This document shows, piece by piece, positions 57,018 through 64,000 of a DNA stretch of 64,000 nucleotides. The notes beneath the pieces are model-generated. The model worked only from the letters and a program-made list of their open reading frames with translations, searched no databases and was not told the DNA's origin. The stretch is from Planctomycetota bacterium (lineage in GTDB: Bacteria > Planctomycetota > UBA8108 > UBA1146), in NCBI GenBank assembly GCA_036338595.1, contig JAYZBV010000037.1, forward strand, positions 32,001-96,000, given 5' to 3'. Made by a program: the position numbers and the translations under genes. Within the stretch, counting starts at the first letter, position 1. Every line of letters begins with the position of its first letter.

Positions 57018-58408
57018 CCTGGTTGTCCCTGCTGCACAGACGCAACCTCTTCACGTATCCGAGTACCTATCTTGTCGATGTCGCCCGCACCGAGCGAAAA
57101 CACCACGTCTCCCGCCTTGACGATTTCTTGCAGGTCATACACCGCATCCTCGGAGCCGATGATACGCGCGGCAATGCCGCGCGATCTCAACCTGGCTGCA
57201 AATTGTGAGAGCAAGTCGGTGGGGAATTCCAGGGAATTTTCCCTCACATGATAGATCGGCAACAACAGCACCTCGTCGGAACAATTGAAGGCGTCGGTGA
57301 ACTCGGTCAGGAAGTGTTGCAGACGAGTTGCCTGGTGGGGCTGAAACATTGCCCAGATCTTGCGATCGGGAAACAGGCCCCTGGCGGTCTCGAGAGTCGT
57401 ACTGACCTCGGTAGGATGGTGTGCATAGTCTTCAAACCATTCGACTTCAGGCAACACGTCCCGACGTTCGAAGCGTCGTTTGACTCCCCTGTAACTCTCG
57501 ATTCCGGCGCGAATCTTATCCAGATTCACACCGAGTTCCGCAGCCAACGCAACGGCTGCAGTCGCGTTGAGAATCGTGTGGCGTCCCGGAATCGACAATC
57601 GGACCTCTAGTTTTGCAACCCCGTCATGACTGATCTGGATGAGGGGATGCAGCCCGTCCTCGATCACCGTCGATCTCCACCCGGGCCCCTGATCGAGACC
57701 GAACAGGATCGGTTCGACATCTGCAATACCGCTGAGGCGGTCTGCATGAAGTTCTGGAATCACGACAGGGGCACCGGTGCGGAATCCCTCGAGGAAGGAA
57801 CGAAAGGTCTGCTGAACCGCGTCCAGGTCGCAATAGATCTCGGGGTGATCGACCTCGATGTTGGTGATGATCCCGGCGCTCGGACTCAGGTTCAGAAAAC
57901 TACGCTGGTACTCGCACGCCTCGACGATGAAATCCTCACCGTTACCATTTCGCCAGTTGCGGCCACCGATCGCTTCCAGTTCCCCTCCGATGATGACGGA
58001 TGGATCTCTCCCCGCCGCAATCATGATGCTCGTCAACATTCCAGTCGTAGATGTCTTGCCATGGGTTCCCGCAACTGCGATGGCGTGGCCTGTTGCCGCC
58101 AACCGTCCCAGAACCTCGCTGTAGAGAAGCACCTCGATTCCGAGTCTGCGCGCCTCGGCGACCTCTGGATTGCTGACTGGAACCGCTGCCGATCGGATCA
58201 GCAACCCTGCATCCATTGGCACATTTCGAACATCGTGGCCCTGAATGAAGCGGATGCCCGCCCCGCGGAACATCTCCTGAAGCCGACCGTCCTGATCGCT
58301 CCCCGAGACCTCGTGTTTACGTTCTCTCAGCAGCATCGCCAGGCCGCTGGTCGCAGTTCCACAGATGCCCACGATGTGGATCTTTTCGGGAATGGCTCGG
58401 TCACTCAT
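57014..58408 (-). CDS. murC: UDP-N-acetylmuramate-L-alanine ligase
   Basis: HIVGICG, GTHGKTSTT, VEACE, NIEVDH, GVKRRF, DYAHHPTE, FQPH, GAGD. Confidence 0.95.
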   Translation of the reverse strand: MSDRAIPEKIHIVGICGTATSGLAMLLRERKHEVSGSDQDGRLQEMFRGAGIRFIQGHDVRNVPMDAGLLIRSAAVPVSNPEVAEARRLGIEVLLYSEVLGRLAATGHAIAVAGTHGKTSTTGMLTSIMIAAGRDPSVIIGGELEAIGGRNWRNGNGEDFIVEACEYQRSFLNLSPSAGIITNIEVDHPEIYCDLDAVQQTFRSFLEGFRTGAPVVIPELHADRLSGIADVEPILFGLDQGPGWRSTVIEDGLHPLIQISHDGVAKLEVRLSIPGRHTILNATAAVALAAELGVNLDKIRAGIESYRGVKRRFERRDVLPEVEWFEDYAHHPTEVSTTLETARGLFPDRKIWAMFQPHQATRLQHFLTEFTDAFNCSDEVLLLPIYHVRENSLEFPTDLLSQFAARLRSRGIAARIIGSEDAVYDLQEIVKAGDVVFSLGAGDIDKIGTRIREEVASVQQGQPG

Positions 58409-59109
58409 CGACGGTCATTCCTATTTCGATCTGGAACCCGATCGGGAACTCGCAGCAGGATGCCAATCTTGAGCACCTCTGGCACAGCGATTTGATCACG
58501 GTTCGCTTCCAGGATCGGCTTCCAGTCCTCGACACCGTAGTATTGTCGGGCGATGGAGGCGAGTGTATCTCCAGGCTCCACCTCGTGGATCAACGCCGTG
58601 TTGACGAGTTCCTCCCGACCGGGTGGAGGAGCAGTTTCCGTGTTGCCAGGGAGCCGGATGATTTGCCCCACCTTGAGACGATCCGGGTCGATATCTCGAT
58701 TGAGTGCGATGATCTCTCCCGATCGACCTCCGTGACCCAGCACCTCAGCAGCGATTTTCCAGATGCTGTCTCCTGGACGAACGGTCCACTGTTTTGGAGT
58801 CTGCTGTGTTGGAGTCTGCTGGGGAACGTTGGAACGCTGCGGGTCGCCACCGAGTGGCGATGGAGCGACCGGAGATGGCTGCAGCTTCGCTGATGGATCC
58901 TGGAGCGCTGGCGCCAGTGGAATCTCTTCGAGGAGTTGACGCGATCGTTCATCGACCGAATACCAGGAAAGAGATACCGGGCTCGTCATCACATCATCTG
59001 CGCTTCCCGGCAATGGGATGCCGTCTGGGCTGATACCGTTACTCACTGCGAAGATCCCTGCGATGAGAACCAGGATACAGAAACTCCACCGAAGAGCGTT
59101 CATCTTCAT
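58405..59109 (-). CDS. Membrane-anchored double-LysM protein
   Basis: N-terminal TM; WTVRPGDSIWKIA...LKVGQ.I.LP and HEVEPGDTLASIA...LKIG..LRVP; overlaps both neighbours. Confidence 0.9.
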   Translation of the reverse strand: MKMNALRWSFCILVLIAGIFAVSNGISPDGIPLPGSADDVMTSPVSLSWYSVDERSRQLLEEIPLAPALQDPSAKLQPSPVAPSPLGGDPQRSNVPQQTPTQQTPKQWTVRPGDSIWKIAAEVLGHGGRSGEIIALNRDIDPDRLKVGQIIRLPGNTETAPPPGREELVNTALIHEVEPGDTLASIARQYYGVEDWKPILEANRDQIAVPEVLKIGILLRVPDRVPDRNRNDRR

Positions 59110-60209
59110 CCAGTCACCTCCAGTCGAGGTTGGTGGAGGAGATCCGGATCGTCACTGCCTGAGATCCCGATCCGCTCACCCAGATGGGTCGCCACCATCT
59201 CTGCAATCCGCTGCGCCGCGCCTGGACGACCCAGTTGCCGGGAGCAGATCGACATCTGTTCGAGCCTGGACCGGTCCTGAATCAATGATTCAATCAAGTC
59301 AGCGATCTGTTGCGGAGACTCCTGGTCGACAACCATCGCACCGCCGTGGTGTGCAACATGGCTGGCATTTCTCAGCTGATGTTGATCACCATGATGGAGA
59401 AATGGCCAGTATAGGGCTGCTCGCCCGACGCAACAGACCTCGGCAACGGTCGATCCTCCCGCTCTCGACACTATCAGACTGGCATCGATCAGTGCCTGGG
59501 CAGGATTGTCGAGGTAGGAACGGACCGTCGCATCGACACCCGCACATCGCCATCTGTCCTCGATTCCCTGCGCTTTGCCGGCACCGCAGATGTGATGGAC
59601 CCGAAATGCACCCGGCTGCCTCAGATGGGTCGCTGCCTCGAGGATGGACTCGTTGACCGCCTCTGAGCCCTGGCTTCCTCCCATGATCAGCAACTCCGGA
59701 AGGCCGCTGCTCATCGGCTGACTCGGAACAAAACGATCGCGTACCGGACAACCGAGTAGGGCAGTTCGTGATCGCAGGCCACGAGGTGCATTTTCAATCG
59801 GCCAGCTGAGGAAAATCTTGCGAGCGAATCGAGTCAGTAACTTATTTGCCAGACCCATCACCTTGTTCTGTTCCAGAATGAAGAGCGGTTTCCCCGAGAG
59901 AGATGCTGCGATGCCCACAGCAACTCCAGGACGAGCACCCAGAGCGATCACCGCATCGATGCGCTGTTCACGAAGCCAACCGAGTGCAGGTATGACACGG
60001 AGCAGAGCCTGATGGATGGTGCCGACTCCCTGCCACGGGGGTGCCAGGGTTTCCAGATCACAACCCTCGAGGATCTTGCGCTCCAGAGCCGTGCCGTGGT
60101 CGAGGAAAAGGACCTCGGCGATGCCACGATCGGCGAGGGCTCTCGCCAGTGACCATCCCGGATAGATATGTCCTCCGGAGTTTCCCCCTGCGAGCAAGAT
60201 CCGTTTCAT
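59106..60209 (-). CDS. murG: Lipid I N-acetylglucosaminyltransferase
   Basis: GGNSGGHIYP, EQN..GLAN, GCPVR, GGSQGS, SRAGGST, HQLRNA. Confidence 0.93.
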   Translation of the reverse strand: MKRILLAGGNSGGHIYPGWSLARALADRGIAEVLFLDHGTALERKILEGCDLETLAPPWQGVGTIHQALLRVIPALGWLREQRIDAVIALGARPGVAVGIAASLSGKPLFILEQNKVMGLANKLLTRFARKIFLSWPIENAPRGLRSRTALLGCPVRDRFVPSQPMSSGLPELLIMGGSQGSEAVNESILEAATHLRQPGAFRVHHICGAGKAQGIEDRWRCAGVDATVRSYLDNPAQALIDASLIVSRAGGSTVAEVCCVGRAALYWPFLHHGDQHQLRNASHVAHHGGAMVVDQESPQQIADLIESLIQDRSRLEQMSICSRQLGRPGAAQRIAEMVATHLGERIGISGSDDPDLLHQPRLEVTG

Positions 60210-61327
60210 GTGACGCTCACCACCTGTCGAACTCGAGATCGAGAGATCGCCATCACGACACCCGTCATGCCCATGAACACCGCCAGACCGGTCGATCCAT
60301 GAGAAAAGAAGGGCAGTGGGATCCCCTTGGTCGGAAAGAGTGCCACATTCACCAGCAGATTGATCGCTGCTTGCCCCGTGATGGCGATGGTGACGACGCG
60401 TACCAGGCAGGCAAGATCAGCATCCTCCACCGCTCGGGAGAGCCTCCAGCCAAAGATCAGAACCAGCAGATACAGTGTTGCGAGGCACAGCACTCCGATG
60501 AATCCGGTTTCCTCCGCATACACCGAAAAGATGAAATCGCTGTATTCCGAAGGCACGAACAATGTCTTGCTCGATCCCATTCCAATTCCTTTGCCCCACA
60601 GCCCTCCACTTCCGATCCCCTGAAGTCCTGCCCACACTTGTGGAACACTTTCCGGAGAGTGCACCGCCATGAAGCGCTGCTGCATCTCTCCCCAGCGATC
60701 TATGACCGCATTCATATTGACCAGTGCTACTGGCAGCATCAACAAGCAACAGTACCAGCACAATTTCAACCACCGCAGCAGCGGAATCGCACCCAGAACC
60801 AGAATGAATAGTGCACTTCCAAAGTCTGGCTGCACGAAAATCATGGCGAAGGGGATGCCTACCAGTGCAGCCGCAATCAGTGACCCACTTCGAACCGTGA
60901 TGGGGCGCCCAAAAATCCCTCGGTAACGCATCATCCCCGTCAGGGCAATGGTCGAGATGGGAATGCAGAATTTTGCAAGTTCGGATGGCTGAAACCGCAC
61001 TCCGAGGTCCAGCCAACGGTGGGCATCGTTGAGTTCTCTTCCCAGCGGGCTCCACAGGGTGGCCACCAGCAGCAACACGACTCCACCCCAGAGCGGCAGC
61101 CAGTAAGTATCCATCCATCTACGCGGAGAAATGAGGTATCCAGCAGCAAACAACAGAACACCGAGCCCATACCCCTTCAACTGCTTGAGCCACATCGATG
61201 TTGAATTCAGGTCAGTGACACTGGATCGGTAGGACGAGGCGCTGTAGTGAAAGAACATCCCGATCGCGAGCAACAAGATGACCGCTCCGATGAATCTCGC
61301 TCCCTCGACTGCGGGATCGAGGGGCAC
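60206..61327 (-). CDS. ftsW: SEDS peptidoglycan polymerase FtsW
   Basis: AHRW..FQPSELAK, QPDFGS, GSGGLWGKG, SDFIFSV.AEE, PTKGIPLPFFSHG; directly before murG. Confidence 0.9.
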   Translation of the reverse strand: MPLDPAVEGARFIGAVILLLAIGMFFHYSASSYRSSVTDLNSTSMWLKQLKGYGLGVLLFAAGYLISPRRWMDTYWLPLWGGVVLLLVATLWSPLGRELNDAHRWLDLGVRFQPSELAKFCIPISTIALTGMMRYRGIFGRPITVRSGSLIAAALVGIPFAMIFVQPDFGSALFILVLGAIPLLRWLKLCWYCCLLMLPVALVNMNAVIDRWGEMQQRFMAVHSPESVPQVWAGLQGIGSGGLWGKGIGMGSSKTLFVPSEYSDFIFSVYAEETGFIGVLCLATLYLLVLIFGWRLSRAVEDADLACLVRVVTIAITGQAAINLLVNVALFPTKGIPLPFFSHGSTGLAVFMGMTGVVMAISRSRVRQVVSVT

Positions 61328-61362
61328 TGGTGATTCGGATCCAGGAGTGGCGGTCAGTTGGT

Positions 61363-62730
61363 TCAGGACTCACCCCTCTCTTCGATCCACCGGGTCCTGA
61401 GATCGAGGGCGAACTGGTCCAGCGCCTCCGCCCGGGAAGCCTTGAAGAGTACGGTGTCCCCCTCCTGAAGCTGGCCGACGATTTCCTGGACACCCTGGCC
61501 GTTCTTCTCGATGTGAATCACCTCGCCATCACCTGCACTGGCGCCTTCGGCGAGCCATTCAGCCCCTCTTCCACAGACAAAAACGAGATCGATACAGGAT
61601 GAGGCCAGATGCCGGCCCGCATCGATGTGGAACTGCACCTCGTTTTCTCCCAGTTCCTCCATCGTCCCGACTACGGCTAGTCTCCGGCAAGAATCTGAAC
61701 GACTCAGCCAATCGATCTCCGACTTGAGGGCTTGCGGACTGGAATTGTAGCAGTCGAGGACAAATTGAACCCCACACACGCGGTGAATTTCATGCCTGAG
61801 CGGTGGTAAAGAAATCATCGGAATCGCTTCACTCAACTGCCCGGGATCCTCGACAAAGTCGAGCACGATCGCCAGCGCAGATTCGAAGCAACGGAGCACC
61901 CAATCCGGCCCTGGATCGTATGGCAACGAAAACTCACGAGCTCGCAGGCGGTCGAGCACCAACACGGAGCCCGGTCCATTTCTTCTCACCTCAAGGTCCC
62001 CCGCTGCTCCGGTCCATCGATAACGGGATGCCGATTCTCCGGTGCTGCTTCGCCACTCGACAGGAGCCCATCGTGCATCTCCTTCGATGTGGTTCAGCAT
62101 CGAGAACTTCTCTCTCCGGACACCTTCGAGATCGAGCAGACCGCTCAGGTGTGTCTCGGAGATCGCCGTGATGACGCCGTGCGAAGGTCTTGCCATCTCT
62201 GCTCGGGCAGCGATCTCCCCGGGTGAACTGGTCCCCAGTTCGAGCACGAGCACCTCGGTGTCTGGCGCCGCCTCGAGGATGGTGATGGGAACACCGAGAT
62301 CATTATTGAAGGAAGCTCTCGGTGCGTGGGACTTGCAGGTGCTACCGAGAATCGCCTCGATCATGGCACAGGTGGTGGTCTTGCCGACGCTACCGGTCAC
62401 TGCCACTGCAGCAGTTTGATCTTCCTCCTGCTCTCGAATGGCCCCCGCCAGCGTCGAGAGCGCCTCTCTGGCACTGGGAGCTTCTATCGAAGCACCCTCA
62501 TGACGGTCGGAGTAGCCGGGGTCACAGAGAACCGCTGCGGCTCCCAGTTGCAGTGCAGCATCTGCGTGCTCGATGCCGTGGCAGTGCTCTCCCTGAAGGG
62601 CCACGAAGAGGGCACCCGGTGACGCCTCTCTGCTATCGATGACTGCAGTTCGGATCTCGCTCGATGCATCGCCTCTGACCAGTCCCGCTCTGGCCAGCCT
62701 CGCCACCTCCCCCAGAGCGCGGATCCTCAT
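61363..62730 (-). CDS. murF: UDP-MurNAc-tripeptide D-Ala-D-Ala ligase
   Basis: IDSR, LFVAL.G, TGSVGKTT, SFNNDLGVP, ELG, DCYNSSP, KASR. Confidence 0.93.
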   Translation of the reverse strand: MRIRALGEVARLARAGLVRGDASSEIRTAVIDSREASPGALFVALQGEHCHGIEHADAALQLGAAAVLCDPGYSDRHEGASIEAPSAREALSTLAGAIREQEEDQTAAVAVTGSVGKTTTCAMIEAILGSTCKSHAPRASFNNDLGVPITILEAAPDTEVLVLELGTSSPGEIAARAEMARPSHGVITAISETHLSGLLDLEGVRREKFSMLNHIEGDARWAPVEWRSSTGESASRYRWTGAAGDLEVRRNGPGSVLVLDRLRAREFSLPYDPGPDWVLRCFESALAIVLDFVEDPGQLSEAIPMISLPPLRHEIHRVCGVQFVLDCYNSSPQALKSEIDWLSRSDSCRRLAVVGTMEELGENEVQFHIDAGRHLASSCIDLVFVCGRGAEWLAEGASAGDGEVIHIEKNGQGVQEIVGQLQEGDTVLFKASRAEALDQFALDLRTRWIEERGES

Positions 62731-64000
62731 CCGATGATCCTCCCTTGCTGACGCGCAGCGATGATCTCTCTCGCCACCGTCCTGTCATCGAAGGGCTCCT
62801 CTATACCTGATGATTGCTGCGTCTGCTCATGCCCCTTGCCGGCGATGAGAAGCACATCGTCTTCTTCCAGCATCTCGATGGCGCACTGGATGGCTCTGCG
62901 GCGATCCACCTCGATGATGTGATCGGTCCCGACAACGATCCCTTCTCGAATCTGCTCGATGATGTGCAGGGGATCTTCCGATCGCGGATTGTCGCTGGTG
63001 ACGATCAGTCGGTCCGCCTTCGAGGCGCTCGCTCCCATCTCGGATCTCTTTCCCCGATCCCGCTCGCCTCCACAGCCAAAGAGCACCATCAATCGTCCGC
63101 GCACCAGAGGTCTCATCGAAGCGATCACCGCATCGATGGCGTCTGGAGTGTGGGCAAAATCAACAAAGACCTGCCCCTGCTCGACCTCGATCTCTTCGAG
63201 CCTACCTGCAACCCCCTCGGCCTTCTCGATCCCCGCTGCGATGGCCGTCCGATCGATACCGATCGCACCGGCGAGTGCGATGGCAACCAGCGCATTGGAC
63301 AGGTTGTGGCGACCCGGTTGCCGGAGACAGACCTCTCCCTCGAATCCAGGGGTTCGAATACGGGCCCTCTGCCCGGTGATTGTCGATTCGATCGACTCCG
63401 CCTGCGCTTCGCCAAATCCGACAACCTCGAAACGAAGCGACACCGATCCGACAGAATCAGCCGCAGTGGACACAGGGCGAACAAAGGGTGCATCTGCGTC
63501 ACAGAACTTCTGCAGCGACTCCTTGGTCGCATGGTATCGATCGATGGTCTCGTGATAATCAAGGTGGTCCCGTCCGAGAGAGGTGATGGCACCTGCTGCC
63601 AGGGAGAGCCCACCGATGCGATTCTGGTCGATACCGTGCGAGGAAATTTCCAGAACAAAATCGGATCCCCCCCCCTCGAGATGCCTGGCGAGGGCAGAGG
63701 CGATCCGAGCCGGCTCCTGCGTCGTCATCCGGCTCGGCTCCCGCGTCGCTCCGATTTTATTCTCAACCGTCGTCATCCAGCCAACCGTGTGACCTGCCTT
63801 CTCGAGGATGTTCGACAGGTACCGGACCGTCGTACTCTTGCCATTGGTACCGGTGATGCCGAAGATCCGCAGCCTGGAGCCCGGCGATCCTGCGCCTGCC
63901 TGCTCCAACTGCGCCAGCGCCTGGCGAGCATCGGCTACCTGCCACCACACGATATCGTCGGGGAGATCAACGAGGGGTTCACTCTCGGTCACGATGGCGC
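62727..64000 (-). CDS. murE: UDP-MurNAc-dipeptide amino-acid ligase (5' end outside window)
   Basis: GITGTNGKST, EISSH, DHLDYH, GRLE, DFAHTPD, FGCGGERD, SDNPR (meso-DAP-type), AGKGHE. Confidence 0.95.
   Translation of the reverse strand, partial: AIVTESEPLVDLPDDIVWWQVADARQALAQLEQAGAGSPGSRLRIFGITGTNGKSTTVRYLSNILEKAGHTVGWMTTVENKIGATREPSRMTTQEPARIASALARHLEGGGSDFVLEISSHGIDQNRIGGLSLAAGAITSLGRDHLDYHETIDRYHATKESLQKFCDADAPFVRPVSTAADSVGSVSLRFEVVGFGEAQAESIESTITGQRARIRTPGFEGEVCLRQPGRHNLSNALVAIALAGAIGIDRTAIAAGIEKAEGVAGRLEEIEVEQGQVFVDFAHTPDAIDAVIASMRPLVRGRLMVLFGCGGERDRGKRSEMGASASKADRLIVTSDNPRSEDPLHIIEQIREGIVVGTDHIIEVDRRRAIQCAIEMLEEDDVLLIAGKGHEQTQQSSGIEEPFDDRTVAREIIAARQQGRIIG

Overview
A gene-dense, GC-rich bacterial chromosome segment, most likely from a Planctomycetota lineage. 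This is inferred from a planctomycete-type cytochrome c domain, a pilin-like GFTLVELL protein, a groEL-groEL-dnaJ-grpE-fmdB-yacG cluster and a dcw cluster without ftsA/ftsZ. In order it holds: a partial VWA gene; ctp-tsaD-larB-nnrD-pyrK; a small accessory patch (ankyrin, phhB, HNH nuclease); an HD phosphohydrolase and ogt; a type IV pilus region (PDZ protein-aroK-pilD-ompA/motB, then pilT-pilB-pilC-pilS-pilR-GT-C protein); an aminotransferase; a dockerin-cytochrome c; tRNA-Leu(AAG); a Lys-rich histone H1-like gene; hemW; MshEN-like proteins; an ECF/anti-sigma pair; rsgA, purB and tilS; the chaperone operon; and murE-murF-ftsW-murG-LysM-murC-murB-ftsQ-like. I found no transposase, integrase, rRNA or CRISPR array. 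The main oddities are: (1) a tandem GroEL pair without groES, in which one copy has Asn at the catalytic Asp398 position and a His-rich tail, behind a sigma54-type promoter; (2) a tRNA-Leu with an A34 anticodon; (3) a histone-like gene flanked by long structured non-coding segments; (4) several 300-500 nt intergenic regions with nested long-range stems, including a sigma54-type HNH leader with a CsrA-type hairpin; (5) an MshEN-like/repeat membrane protein pair where ftsA/ftsZ normally lie. All calls are by motif recognition and by-eye alignment. No searches or folding programs were run, and adjusted start codons are my estimates.
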